A DNA stretch of 64,000 nt. It comes from an uncultured Candidatus Saccharibacteria bacterium. GTDB taxonomy: Bacteria > Patescibacteriota > Minisyncoccia > Phycocordibacterales > CAIRYW01. Location of the stretch: the NCBI GenBank assembly GCA_964446625.1, contig CAYUPH010000005.1:1432-65431 (forward strand), written 5' to 3'. Of the stretch, positions 26,723 through 36,882 are shown piece after piece (position 1 is the first letter of the stretch; each line of letters starts with the position of its first letter). The notes under the pieces are model-generated. The model saw nothing but the letters and a program-made list of their open reading frames with translations. It did not search any database and had not been told where the DNA came from. The position numbers and the translations under genes were made by a program.

Positions 26723-28480
26723 ATGCAGAAAAACAAAAAACAATTAGGTGTTTTTGGCCATTACTATAAATCTTTAGGTAAGAGGTTTGTTGCTGTTTTT
26801 GCACTTGAATTTGTTGTCTTAGGTGGAAGTATATTTATTTCGAATATCCTTCTTCCTAACTACTATAAAAACATTATTGATGCTATTACGACAGGAGAAA
26901 CCTATACGTATATTATAAAAATTATTACATCAGTATTATTTTTGGGGTTAATAGAAGTTTTACTAGATCGTACGTTTGAGATTATTGATTCAAGAGTTAT
27001 TTCACGAGCATTTGTTAGAAATGGTGATTATGCTCTAAGAGAATTAACTAGTCATTCCTATCAGTTTTTTGCCAATAATTTTGCTGGTTCTTTAGTAACA
27101 AAGTTAAAAAGGTTTGTTACTTCTATTGATCAGCTTGTAGGAATCATCATTCGCGACTTTTTGTATGCAATTATAAGTGTTGTAGGAGTTATCGTTGTTC
27201 TTTTTTTAAACAATAAATTACTTGGGATTACCGCCCTTCTTTGTTTTAGTGTGTTTTTTGTTGTAATGGTCTTGTTTACAAAAAAACGTATCCCGTTAGA
27301 AAGAGAAAAAAGTAAAATGGAATCAAAAGTTACAGGAGTCGTATCCGACATAATAACCAACATCTTGAACCTTAAACTATTCTCTTCGCAGAAAAAAGAA
27401 ATGGAAAATTTCAATATCCTTCAAGAGGAAGATCACCGTATTCGAATTAAGACTTGGAGTTGGGCGAATAGTGCATACACTGTGCAAGCGATAATAAGCA
27501 TGTTTTCAAAAGTTTTACTTATTTATCTTAGTGTGTACTTGTGGAGTATAGGAGAAATTACAAGTGGAACAATTGTATTAGTAATTTCTTACAGTACCAT
27601 TCTATTTAATAGACTAGGATCGCTTGGTAGTGCGATAAGGCGTTTTACGGATGCATATACAACCGCGAAAGAATTTACTGATGTTTTAAACCAAGAAATA
27701 GAAATAAAGGATTCTTTGTCGCCACTCAAGAGTTCTGTAAAGAAAGGGGAGATAATATTTAATAACGTCTTATTTTCTTACAAGGATGGGGCACCAATAT
27801 TTAAAAACTTTTATCTAAAAATAAACCCAGGGGAAAAAGTTGGGATTGTTGGAACAAGCGGTGCGGGTAAAACTACTATTACGAAATTGTTGCTTAGATT
27901 TGCGGATGTGACAGAGGGAGAAATTTTAGTCGATGGAACTGATATTCGTAATGTAACACAAGATGATTTAAGATCTGTGATATCATACGTTCCTCAAGAT
28001 CCCATTTTATTTCATAGAACACTCAGAGAAAATATTGCATACGGGAAACCTGATGCAAGTCCAGATGAAATTGAGAGTGCTTCTAAGGAAGCTCATGCAC
28101 ACGAGTTTATTTCTGGTCTTAGTATGGGATATGACACACTTGTAGGAGAACGTGGGATTAAATTGTCGGGTGGTGAAAGGCAAAGAGTGGCTATTGCGAG
28201 AGCGATACTTAAAAATGCTCCCATTCTTTTACTTGATGAAGCAACTAGTGCTCTAGATTCCGTTTCAGAAATGCATATAAAAGAAGCTTTAAATAGGCTT
28301 ATGGAGGGAAGAACAACTATTGTAATTGCTCATCGTTTATCAACAATAGAAAAAATGGATAGAATTATTGTTCTCGAAAAAGGGGTAATAGTGGAAGAAG
28401 GAAGTCATAAACATCTTCTATCAAAAAAAGGGATATATTTTAATTTTTGGAGTCACCAAAACGGTGGGTTTATTGAATAA
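26723..28480 (+). CDS. ABC transporter, fused permease/ATP-binding protein (type I exporter)
   Basis: Six TM helices N-terminally. Walker A GTSGAGKTT, signature LSGGERQRVAIARA, Walker B LLLDEATSALD, H-loop IAHRLSTI. Confidence 0.85.
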   Translation: MQKNKKQLGVFGHYYKSLGKRFVAVFALEFVVLGGSIFISNILLPNYYKNIIDAITTGETYTYIIKIITSVLFLGLIEVLLDRTFEIIDSRVISRAFVRNGDYALRELTSHSYQFFANNFAGSLVTKLKRFVTSIDQLVGIIIRDFLYAIISVVGVIVVLFLNNKLLGITALLCFSVFFVVMVLFTKKRIPLEREKSKMESKVTGVVSDIITNILNLKLFSSQKKEMENFNILQEEDHRIRIKTWSWANSAYTVQAIISMFSKVLLIYLSVYLWSIGEITSGTIVLVISYSTILFNRLGSLGSAIRRFTDAYTTAKEFTDVLNQEIEIKDSLSPLKSSVKKGEIIFNNVLFSYKDGAPIFKNFYLKINPGEKVGIVGTSGAGKTTITKLLLRFADVTEGEILVDGTDIRNVTQDDLRSVISYVPQDPILFHRTLRENIAYGKPDASPDEIESASKEAHAHEFISGLSMGYDTLVGERGIKLSGGERQRVAIARAILKNAPILLLDEATSALDSVSEMHIKEALNRLMEGRTTIVIAHRLSTIEKMDRIIVLEKGVIVEEGSHKHLLSKKGIYFNFWSHQNGGFIE

Positions 28481-28503
28481 CAGTTTTTTGCTAATATTTA
28501 AGT

Positions 28504-29049
28504 ATGAAAATTACAATCTTTGGAATGGCAGGTACAGGAACAAGTAGTACAGGAAAGCTCCTTGCAGAGAGACTTGGGTACCCGTTTGTGTCGGGAGGAG
28601 ACATGGGGCGCCTTACTGCAAAAGAGCTCGGTGTTAGCTTAAATGAGCTCGAGGATCTTTCTAAAAAAGACAAAAAATATGATTTGCTACGTGACGAACA
28701 TCTAAAGAAGTTTGGTATGGAAAACGAGGATGCTGTCATCGAGGCAAGGCTTGGTTGGTACTCAGTTCCTGATTCGATAAAAATAAAACTCACATGTCCA
28801 GATGATGTTAGATTAAAAAGAATTGCGGATAGAGAAAACAAAGATCTTGCGCAAGTTGAAGCAGAAACAGTACATAGAGAAAAAGCAATAAAAGAGAGGT
28901 TTAAGGAGTACTATAATATGGATTTTGATAGAGATACTGCAGATGACAGGTTTGACCTTGTTTTGGATACTTCACTCGCAGACCTGGAAGGGATAGTGCT
29001 CGGGATAATAAACTTTTTAAAAGTAAAAGGTTTGGAAAAGGAAATCTAA
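28504..29049 (+). CDS. cytidylate kinase-like (archaeal-type CMP kinase / AAA_17) nucleotide kinase
   Basis: P-loop IFGMAGTGTSSTGKLLAERLGYPFVSGGDMGR. 181 aa. Extended -10 TGCTAATAT 5 nt upstream. Confidence 0.55.
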   Translation: MKITIFGMAGTGTSSTGKLLAERLGYPFVSGGDMGRLTAKELGVSLNELEDLSKKDKKYDLLRDEHLKKFGMENEDAVIEARLGWYSVPDSIKIKLTCPDDVRLKRIADRENKDLAQVEAETVHREKAIKERFKEYYNMDFDRDTADDRFDLVLDTSLADLEGIVLGIINFLKVKGLEKEI

Positions 29050-29050
29050 A

Positions 29051-29425
29051 ATGGTAAAAAAAGTCGCAATAATTTTAGGAAGCCTCTTTTTTGCATTAGG
29101 ACTATTTTCTCTTACGCCAAATATTCTGATGGGGGAAAATGGTTTGTTTTTTACTAACACCCCGCTTTCGCTTTTTTATATTTTGGTAGGTACATACATT
29201 TTATTTTCAGTGACTAAAAGCGATAGGGCAATTTTAAAGAGTCTTCAAAATACAAGTGTCGTTCTTTTTGCTTTCGTAGCGATCGCCATCGCAACAAAAG
29301 GGTTTGAGGCAGAGTACCTTTTTGGGATATTTTCAATAAATATTTTTAATTATTTTCTTCAAGGCGCACTCGCTACCCTAATAGTTTACTTAGCTGGGTA
29401 CGCTGTTCGCAAAAATTCACACTAA
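29051..29425 (+). CDS. hypothetical membrane protein (124 aa, about 4 TM)
   Basis: Hydrophobic segments only, no motif. Confidence 0.45.
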   Translation: MVKKVAIILGSLFFALGLFSLTPNILMGENGLFFTNTPLSLFYILVGTYILFSVTKSDRAILKSLQNTSVVLFAFVAIAIATKGFEAEYLFGIFSINIFNYFLQGALATLIVYLAGYAVRKNSH

Positions 29426-29537
29426 GATGAAGCATGTAAAATAAATCGGCACATGGATTGTCTACTTACTCCTACTTTGTTCTTTTGTTTTTCTTTGTTT
29501 TGAACTAACGAAAGATTTTATTTTAAAACAGGAACAT

Positions 29538-29903
29538 TTGGAGGGACTCTTTAGTGGAAAATTTCTTCCCAAGATAGAGGTAGAAAAACCTTTCCAAAAT
29601 GAAAAAATCAAAAGCCCTCTTTTTGTAGCAGGTGTGGCTGGATCTACATGGTTTAACAAGGAAGAGACTTTTGAAATTGAGCTACTTGATGAAAGTGGAG
29701 GGCGTGTTGCTACTGGAAAAGTCTTTAAAACTGATGAAAGGGGTGAAGGGGACAAGCCTGAAATGTTCCATTTTAAAGGCGCAATTACCTTTAGAACTCC
29801 AAAGAGTAAAACAGGGACACTCCAGTTTTACCGCTCTAAGGGGGAAAACTACGACAGCTCTTACCCTGACACTTTTAGTGTCCCAGTGCTTTTTGAAAAG
29901 TAG
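29538..29903 (+). CDS. hypothetical protein with a Gmad2/GerMN-like Ig-like fold region
   Basis: TTG start in the track. Beta-rich sequence GVAGSTWFNKEETFEIELLDESGGRVATGKVF...GAITFRTP. Tentative. Confidence 0.4.
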   Translation: MEGLFSGKFLPKIEVEKPFQNEKIKSPLFVAGVAGSTWFNKEETFEIELLDESGGRVATGKVFKTDERGEGDKPEMFHFKGAITFRTPKSKTGTLQFYRSKGENYDSSYPDTFSVPVLFEK

Positions 29904-29921
29904 CTATGATATAATGGATAT

Positions 29922-30185
29922 ATGGAAGGAGTAATGAAATCAGACATATTCTTCTTTATTACAACGGTATGCGTCGTCGTTCTTTCCCTTGGAGGACTTT
30001 TTCTCCTTCTTTATGTTCTCAGAATTGCACATGATGTCCAGAAGATTGTGGGCAGAGTGCGAACTGAGGGTGAAGAAATCATGTCTGACCTCAAGGAAGC
30101 AAGACTTCTAGTAAAGGAGAGAGGCGTGTCGCTTATTAACATAATTGCTTCGTTTTTTGGAATGAAGCAGAAACGCAAAAAATAA
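29922..30185 (+). CDS. small membrane protein (87 aa; possibly starting at ATG 29934)
   Basis: TGATATAAT box at about 29907-29915. One TM helix followed by a charged C-terminus. Confidence 0.4.
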   Translation: MEGVMKSDIFFFITTVCVVVLSLGGLFLLLYVLRIAHDVQKIVGRVRTEGEEIMSDLKEARLLVKERGVSLINIIASFFGMKQKRKK

Positions 30186-30186
30186 A

Positions 30187-30576
30187 ATGGCAAAAAAGAA
30201 AGCTGAAAAAGGAAATGGAAAAGCAATCGGTGCTGCAATTGCAGTAGCAGGAGCGGCTCTTGGAGCGTATTTTCTATATGGGACAAAAGAAGGATCTAAA
30301 CAGCGAAAAAAGATTTCTGGATGGGTTCTGAAAGCAAAAGGCGAGGTTCTTGAAAAGATTGAAGGTGTAAAAAACCTCGATGAGTCGTCTTATCGAAAGG
30401 TGGTTGATACCGTGATGGCTAAGTATAACAAAGTGAAAGCTGAGCACGCACCTGAGCTCGAGGCGGTGTCAAAAGAGCTACATGGGTACTGGAATACTCT
30501 AAAGAAAAATCTTAAAAAAGAATTTGTAGCAAAAAAGAAACCTGCACGAAAAGTAGCAACTAAAAAAACTGCATAA
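30187..30576 (+). CDS. YtxH-like Lys-rich small protein
   Basis: AIGAAIAVAGAALGAYFLYGTKEGSKQRKKI and a KK-rich tail. Tentative family call. Confidence 0.4.
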   Translation: MAKKKAEKGNGKAIGAAIAVAGAALGAYFLYGTKEGSKQRKKISGWVLKAKGEVLEKIEGVKNLDESSYRKVVDTVMAKYNKVKAEHAPELEAVSKELHGYWNTLKKNLKKEFVAKKKPARKVATKKTA

Positions 30577-30582
30577 GACACA

Positions 30583-31431
30583 ATGAAGAGCATTTTCAAA
30601 TTTGTTTTTGGAATTGCTTTTCTTTTAGTTCTATTTGGTTTTTTGGCAAAAGACCTCACTCACTTTCAGGGTGGGGTTCTTTCCTTTTTGAAGGAGCATA
30701 CTCCGACAGAATTAAAGGATTCGTTAAAAGAAATTCAAACAAGCCTTCCTGATCTACCAAATCCGCTCGTTCAAAAAGGAGAAAATGAAGGATTTCTCGA
30801 GAGTTCAAAAATCATTTTGCATACAAATAGTGAGAGAACAAAAGAGGGAAAGAAGGAACTTAAAAAGAGTGCCCTCCTCACACAAATTGCTTCAAAAAAA
30901 GCAGAGGACATGTTTAAAAATGGATATTTTGAACACGTGTCTCCAGAAGGAAAAGGTCCCGCCGAACTTGCAAAGGAAAACCGTTACGAATATATTTCGA
31001 TAGGAGAAAACTTGGCACTCGGAATTTTTAAGGACGAAGCGGATCTTGTGAAGGCGTGGATGGACAGTCCGGGCCACAGAGAAAATATTTTATCTGACAA
31101 ATATACAGAGATTGGTGTTGTTGCAAGAAAAGGAATTTATAAGGGGGAGAGTGTTTGGATATCTGTCCAAGAATTTGGCAGACCACTATCGGATTGTGGG
31201 AGCGTATCAGAAACAGAAAGGGAAAGGATTAAAAGCGAGTCTGAAGCACTTGCGCGTCTATCCTTAGAACTTGAAAAACTAAAGAAGGAAGCGGATTCTG
31301 GAGATTCAGGAAAGGTCAGTGAATATAATATGAAGGCTGAGGAGTACAATCAAAGACTTCGCCTCCTAAAAGCGTCTATTAAAGCGTTCAATAAAACAGT
31401 TGATTCTTTCAACGAGTGTACTGAAGAGTAG
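30583..31431 (+). CDS. secreted CAP (SCP/PR1/YkwD-like) domain protein with C-terminal coiled coil
   Basis: Signal/TM at N-terminus. SPGHRENILSDKYTEIGVVAR matches the CAP motif. C-terminal coiled coil ERERIKSESEALARLSLELEKLKKEA. Confidence 0.6.
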   Translation: MKSIFKFVFGIAFLLVLFGFLAKDLTHFQGGVLSFLKEHTPTELKDSLKEIQTSLPDLPNPLVQKGENEGFLESSKIILHTNSERTKEGKKELKKSALLTQIASKKAEDMFKNGYFEHVSPEGKGPAELAKENRYEYISIGENLALGIFKDEADLVKAWMDSPGHRENILSDKYTEIGVVARKGIYKGESVWISVQEFGRPLSDCGSVSETERERIKSESEALARLSLELEKLKKEADSGDSGKVSEYNMKAEEYNQRLRLLKASIKAFNKTVDSFNECTEE

Positions 31432-31433
31432 GT

Positions 31434-32612
31434 CTATTTTGTATCTTCGATTTCAAAAAGTGGGTAGACTCCGATAAGAAGAAGGATTCCCAGAAGTGGG
31501 AACATGTACTCCATCGAAACATATTTAAGAGCAACACTACCTACAAGAGGCCCCAGTATGTAAGCGGTGGGGCTTCCAAGACTAAAGATACTTATAAGTT
31601 CATCACGCCCTTTACTTTTCTTGTAGAAATATCCTTCAACAGAAGTTTCAACAATACTTGCTCCTACACGAACCATGAATATAATTGTAGTCCAAAGAGC
31701 AAAACTGCCGCTTTTAATGAAAGGGAAAAGACAGAGGGCGAGGGCGCTAATTATAAAACCACTTATTAGAAATTCTTTCTCACCTGTTTTTCTATCTGCT
31801 ATTTCGCCAACTGGAATTTCAAGAAGAAGAAAAGGGAGAAGGGTAATGCTAATAAGAAGGCCAATATCACCCCAAGACAAGCCTACGTATTTTTGAAGGA
31901 ATATGGGCACAAAAATGATAAGCCATGAGAACAAGAATTGAAGCATAAAGCCAGCAAGACCAATCTTCCTGATATTCTTGTCAGCCATAAATTCACCAAA
32001 CTCTTTAGGAATATCAATTTCCTTGTACTCTCCATTTGGGATTTTTTTAAACGTTTTCCATATACTTATGAAAAACAAGAACATAAAGAATGCTGAGAAA
32101 ATATAGATTGAGCGAATACTTTCTCCTCCAGCAATAATTGATCCAACAAGGAGAGGGCAGACTACTGCAGCGGAAGAAAGGAGTGTGAGAAAAGATGCGC
32201 GCATTCGTCCAAGTTTTTCTGGCTTAGTTTGGTCTTCAATTGTTACATTTAGGCACAGGAGAGCAAGAGGTGTGATTGCGTGATGAAGTATATAGGTAAC
32301 AAGGATAAGAGTTTTTGATACCGCAAATGCAAGAATGAGTAGAAAAATAATTTCAACAACAGAAATAAAAAGCAAAGTGTCATACAGAGAAAAACGCTTT
32401 GTGATTTTCGGCATACGCAAGACAATCAGAATATTGATGACCGCGCCTGCTGAGTAAAGGAGTCCTACTAGGCTCCCTGGAACAAAGCCACTTAAAAACG
32501 TTGAGTTTATATACGTTATGAGGTAGTAGTGAAAAGACAAGAAAAGAGCCGATGTAAAAATGTGGACGTATTTTTTTTCGTCTTTTCCTATCTTTATAAC
32601 CTCTTTGTACAT
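31434..32612 (-). CDS. MFS-type transporter
   Basis: About 12 predicted TM helices with two-half symmetry. 392 aa. Confidence 0.7.
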   Translation of the reverse strand: MYKEVIKIGKDEKKYVHIFTSALFLSFHYYLITYINSTFLSGFVPGSLVGLLYSAGAVINILIVLRMPKITKRFSLYDTLLFISVVEIIFLLILAFAVSKTLILVTYILHHAITPLALLCLNVTIEDQTKPEKLGRMRASFLTLLSSAAVVCPLLVGSIIAGGESIRSIYIFSAFFMFLFFISIWKTFKKIPNGEYKEIDIPKEFGEFMADKNIRKIGLAGFMLQFLFSWLIIFVPIFLQKYVGLSWGDIGLLISITLLPFLLLEIPVGEIADRKTGEKEFLISGFIISALALCLFPFIKSGSFALWTTIIFMVRVGASIVETSVEGYFYKKSKGRDELISIFSLGSPTAYILGPLVGSVALKYVSMEYMFPLLGILLLIGVYPLFEIEDTK

Positions 32613-32646
32613 ATTTTATAATTATAAGTCTAAGGAGAAGAAATAA

Positions 32647-32681
32647 CAAAAGGCCGGAAAGCGAAGCTTTCCGGCCTTTTG
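32647..32681. terminator. symmetric rho-independent terminator downstream of the RNase J gene
   Basis: aaaaGGCCGGAAAGCgaaGCTTTCCGGCCtttt perfect hairpin flanked by A/T runs on both sides. Confidence 0.55.
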
Positions 32682-32690
32682 AAGAGGCTC

Positions 32691-34706
32691 TTAAATTCCA
32701 AGTACAACCGGAATTACGATCGGTCTCTTTGCTGTCTTTTGAAACAGAAAACGAGAAAGGTTATCTGTGACTGCTGATTTTACAAACTCAAAGTTAATTG
32801 GGTGCATTCCAGCTGTGTTATCCTCAATTGTCTTTTTTATAATGATTCGTGCTTGCCTGAGAAGTTCTTGGTTTTCTCTAAGGTATACGAAACCTCGAGA
32901 AATAATGTCAGGAGATTTTTTTAGTTTTCCTGTATCAGAGTTTACTGTAGCGATAATAACAAACATACCATCTTGTGAGAGCATTTGTCTGTCACGAATA
33001 ACAACTTCCTGCATGTCTCCAATAGCAAACCCATCTACCATAACTGGCCCTCCGGGTGCTTTTTCTTTTCGTTCAGTAATCTTTTCACCATCGGCAGAGA
33101 TTTCGATAAGTGAACCATTGTCTGGAATTACAATATTTTCTTTTGGAGTACCGAGGTTTTCTGCAAGTTCGCCGTGGAGTCTAAGCATGTAATGGTTTCC
33201 GTGAATTGGCACAAAGAATTTTGGCCGGAGCTTTCGGTGGAGCCATTCGATTTCTCCTCTGTTTCCATGTCCTGTTGAATGGATAAAAACTTCAGAAGTT
33301 CTGTAGTGTACTATTCGAACCCCGTGACGCGCAAGGTTGTCCTTTAGTTTTTGTACCGCTCGCTCGTTTCCAGGAATGATTGAAGCAGAGAGTACAACAG
33401 TATCGTTTTTGGTGATCTGAATGTACTTATAATTCTTGTTGGCCATTCGAGAAAGAGCAGAGAATTCTTCTCCTTGTCCTCCTGTTGCAAGCACAACAAT
33501 TCGGTCCGGTGGGTAGTTAGGAATTTCAGAAGCGGGAATGATGGTATCTTTTTTGACTTCCATAAGTCGTGCTTCCTTACAAATATCGATGTTGTTTTTC
33601 ATGCTTCGGCCTTCAACAACTATTTTTTTGTTGTAGCTTTCTGCGGCTTGAATCACTTTTACAACTCGAGAAATATGTGAGGCAAACATCGCAAGAATAA
33701 GACGTCCTTTTGTAGTTCGAATAATCTCAGCAAGGTTTTCGTGCACTAAAGCTTCCGGAGTTGAAAAACCTGGGTTCTCAATGTTTGTTGAGTCAGTCAT
33801 AAGAAGAAGAGTTTTCTCTTTTCCAAGGTCTCCGTACACCTTTTCTTCGTATGCTTCGGGTACTCCGTCTTTGTGATCCAGCTTGTAGTCTCCTGGGTTT
33901 ACAATATTTCCATGTGGTGTGCGGATTGCAATTCCCATACAGTCAGGAATAGAGTGAGTTACTCCAAAAAACTTTACTTTCATTTTTCCAAGGGTAACTT
34001 CCTCGTCCTTCTCTACAATTTTGTAGTCAATTGGTGGAACATGAGGAAACTCAGATTGTCTTTTTTTAATCATAAGACCAGTAAGGTTTCGAGTATAAAG
34101 TGGCGGGTTTCCAATTCGTGGCATGATATAAGGAATACCTCCAATGTGATCAAGGTGCCCGTGAGTTATACAGATAGCTCTGATTTTGTCTTTTCTATCC
34201 TCAAGATATTTTGTATTAGGAAGAATATAGTCAATTCCTGGCGTATCTTCGTCCTGAAAAGCAAAACCTGCATCGATAACAAGAATATCGTTATCGATTT
34301 CGATCGCTGTCATGTTTTTTCCGATTTCTTCAACGCCTCCTAGTGGAATGATTCGGATTATTCCAGGAGCAGGAGGAGCAATTACGGGCTCTCTCTTTTC
34401 TTTTCGTCTTTCTTCTCCTTCTCCTCCATGATCGGCGTGATTGTGAGAGTGTGAATGCATATGCGAGTGAGAATGAGAGTGGGGTTTTGCATGTGAAGGT
34501 CCACCTCTGCGCGGAGCAGAGTGTTTCTTTTCTTTTGCCTCATCAAAAACCTCTTTAGGTGAAAAAGGTTCTCTTCGAATGCGTGGCGCGTCCTTTGCAG
34601 GAGTTGCTGAACCGGCATCCTTCACTTCTTTGTGAATAGCCCGTGTATCCGCTTCTTTTATTGGGTTTCTCCGATTTCGGAAAATTGTTTTCTTTCTGTG
34701 TTCCAT
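32691..34706 (-). CDS. rnj: ribonuclease J (beta-CASP metallo-beta-lactamase RNase) with His-rich N-terminal extension
   Basis: ITHGHLDHIGGIPYI (HxHxDH), beta-CASP region. N-terminal HSAPRRGGPSHAKPHSHSHSHMHSHSHNHADHGG. Confidence 0.85.
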   Translation of the reverse strand: MEHRKKTIFRNRRNPIKEADTRAIHKEVKDAGSATPAKDAPRIRREPFSPKEVFDEAKEKKHSAPRRGGPSHAKPHSHSHSHMHSHSHNHADHGGEGEERRKEKREPVIAPPAPGIIRIIPLGGVEEIGKNMTAIEIDNDILVIDAGFAFQDEDTPGIDYILPNTKYLEDRKDKIRAICITHGHLDHIGGIPYIMPRIGNPPLYTRNLTGLMIKKRQSEFPHVPPIDYKIVEKDEEVTLGKMKVKFFGVTHSIPDCMGIAIRTPHGNIVNPGDYKLDHKDGVPEAYEEKVYGDLGKEKTLLLMTDSTNIENPGFSTPEALVHENLAEIIRTTKGRLILAMFASHISRVVKVIQAAESYNKKIVVEGRSMKNNIDICKEARLMEVKKDTIIPASEIPNYPPDRIVVLATGGQGEEFSALSRMANKNYKYIQITKNDTVVLSASIIPGNERAVQKLKDNLARHGVRIVHYRTSEVFIHSTGHGNRGEIEWLHRKLRPKFFVPIHGNHYMLRLHGELAENLGTPKENIVIPDNGSLIEISADGEKITERKEKAPGGPVMVDGFAIGDMQEVVIRDRQMLSQDGMFVIIATVNSDTGKLKKSPDIISRGFVYLRENQELLRQARIIIKKTIEDNTAGMHPINFEFVKSAVTDNLSRFLFQKTAKRPIVIPVVLGI

Positions 34707-34725
34707 TATTTATTAATTTTAATTA

Positions 34726-36450
34726 TTAGTCTTTGATAAAAAATTTCCATACTTTTTCTGTTTCTATATACCACTTGTTTACTTCAAGAAATCTCTCAGA
34801 GGAAGATGTGATACCGTCTAGGTTTACTCCTTTTACATCATCAGGAAGGATATAGACACTTCTCGGAGAGAAAAGGAAAACTGCTGGAGTATCCTTTATG
34901 ATTTCTGTCTCAAATGATTTATAAAGCTCGATTTTTTTTGCAGTAGAAGTTTCTTGTCTTGCTTTGGTAAGAATGTCGTCTACTTTACTGTTGGTGTACA
35001 TGGCGATATTGAGTCCAGGATCATTCCTCTCTGATGAATGCCAAAAAGCATACAAATCCAAATCTCGTCCAATTACTTCTCCAAAGAGAAGTGCTTCGTA
35101 TCGACGAGGTCTGATTACATTCTGATTAAGGTCTGAAAGGTCAAAAATTTTGAGGGACACATCAGCTCCGAGTTTTTGCCATGAGGCCTGGAGGAGTTCA
35201 GCAGTTTTTTTGAGATCGGGCGCATTTGTCGTTGAAATAGAAAACTGAAGAGTTTTCTTTCCTGTTTTTTCTGTCTTTTCGTAAATTCCTTTTTCATTTT
35301 TCTTGAACCCAGCATTTTCTAAAATCTCTGTGGCTTTCTCCAAATTAAAATCTCTAGGTGGAATTGAAGAAATTACTGTTGGAAGGGGGCCGTACGCCGG
35401 AGCACCAAAGCCAAGAAGAGCGGTATCAATAATTTCTTGTCGGTTTACTGCAAGGTCGAGTGCTTTTCTGACATTAGCATCTGCGAGAACAGAAGAGGTG
35501 TTTTCGTTGAAAAAGACCCCATAAATTCGTGGAAGGGGAGAATTGATTTCTTCTGAGTCTTCAGCAACTTTCTTAACTTCGTTAAGGGCAGAAGAGCTAA
35601 TATTTCCAACAGCATTGATTTCTCCTTTTTTGAATGCCTCCACTAGTTTTCCTTCAGTTGGATAAACGTGAAGGAAAATCCTTTTAATAAAAGGTGCGCC
35701 TCCGGTATATTTATTGAAGCTTTCAAGTTCGTAGTATTCAGGAAGTCCCGCAGAGTTCGTTGAAACATTTGCGATTCTGTACGGACCAGATCCGATTGGC
35801 TCAAAATTTACTTTGCTATACACAAATGCATCGCTTCCTAGTTCTCCCCAAATATGTTTCGGCAAGATTCCAAGAGTAAGATTTTCAACAAAGGGTGCAT
35901 ACGGTTTCTTTAGATGGAATTCAATATTTTTTTCATCTATTACCTCAACTTCAACACCTTGCCATGCGGGTGCTTTGTTGCTTTTAAGAACCGGGTCGAT
36001 TGCTTTCCTGATTGTAAAATCAACATCTTCGGCTGTTACTTTCTCTCCATCATGAAAATATGCATCATCTCTAATTTTTACGGAGTAGGTAAGTCCGTCT
36101 TCAGACACAATATAGCTTTCTGCGATGTCGTTTACAAACTCACCGTCAGGTGTAGCTTTGAGGAGACCAGAGTACACGAGCCGGGTCAGATCCCTCCCTG
36201 AATCCGTAACAGATAAAAGAGGGTTAATAAAAAGTGGGTATCCAACCACACCTTCCTTGAGCTCTCCTCCAGGAGCAGGAACTTCAACAATAAACTCATC
36301 GTTTGCTTTGCTCAGTAGCCATAGGCTTGAAGCAGCAAAAAGCCCGACGAACGCATAAAACATAATCTTTTCTGCGAGAGAAAAAGATTCTATTGTGTGG
36401 AGTATTTTTGCGCGAAAAGAACGATTTTTTTCAGAGGAGAAAATTGACAT
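34726..36450 (-). CDS. ABC transporter substrate-binding protein, family 5 (peptide/nickel OppA/DppA-like)
   Basis: 574 aa. N-terminal anchor. Overall SBP_bac_5 pattern (…YRIANVSTNS…, …FNENTSSVLADANVRKALDLAVNRQEII…). Confidence 0.65.
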   Translation of the reverse strand: MSIFSSEKNRSFRAKILHTIESFSLAEKIMFYAFVGLFAASSLWLLSKANDEFIVEVPAPGGELKEGVVGYPLFINPLLSVTDSGRDLTRLVYSGLLKATPDGEFVNDIAESYIVSEDGLTYSVKIRDDAYFHDGEKVTAEDVDFTIRKAIDPVLKSNKAPAWQGVEVEVIDEKNIEFHLKKPYAPFVENLTLGILPKHIWGELGSDAFVYSKVNFEPIGSGPYRIANVSTNSAGLPEYYELESFNKYTGGAPFIKRIFLHVYPTEGKLVEAFKKGEINAVGNISSSALNEVKKVAEDSEEINSPLPRIYGVFFNENTSSVLADANVRKALDLAVNRQEIIDTALLGFGAPAYGPLPTVISSIPPRDFNLEKATEILENAGFKKNEKGIYEKTEKTGKKTLQFSISTTNAPDLKKTAELLQASWQKLGADVSLKIFDLSDLNQNVIRPRRYEALLFGEVIGRDLDLYAFWHSSERNDPGLNIAMYTNSKVDDILTKARQETSTAKKIELYKSFETEIIKDTPAVFLFSPRSVYILPDDVKGVNLDGITSSSERFLEVNKWYIETEKVWKFFIKD

Positions 36451-36484
36451 TGATAGAACAAATTTACTTTTTAATTAAGTTTTT

Positions 36485-36700
36485 TTACTTAATGATAAGA
36501 GCGGCAACTGCGCTCGCTACAAAAAGGAGTGTTACAACAATTGTTGTGTAGAAGACGATTTTTTCAGGTCCTCGTCTTGTTCGAATTCCAGAGGTAATAT
36601 CTCCACCACCAAAAGCGCTTCCAGCACCAGCTTCTGAATATTGCATTAAAACGAGCCCAACCAGAATCACTGAAAGGATAATTTGAATATAAGGTAACAT
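36485..36700 (-). CDS. secG: preprotein translocase subunit SecG
   Basis: 71 aa, two TM helices with central Gly-rich loop SEAGAGSAFGGGD. Confidence 0.7.
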   Translation of the reverse strand: MLPYIQIILSVILVGLVLMQYSEAGAGSAFGGGDITSGIRTRRGPEKIVFYTTIVVTLLFVASAVAALIIK

Positions 36701-36842
36701 AGGTTTTAACTAAATGATTATATGTTAAGAGGCAACTTTCAACCGCTTTAGTAAGAGAGGAGAGAGTTACATTTATAAGGAGTCTAGCATAGATTCGGAA
36801 AAAGGCAATAGGCTGCATTTATCCACAAGTAAAAATAAAGTA

Positions 36843-36851
36843 TGGTATAAT
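36843..36851 (+). promoter_or_regulatory. extended -10 box TGGTATAAT upstream of lemA (31-nt leader without an obvious Shine-Dalgarno)
   Basis: taTGGTATAATtaag... Confidence 0.4.
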
Positions 36852-36882
36852 TAAGACTCATTAATAAAGTAAATTTTTTAAT

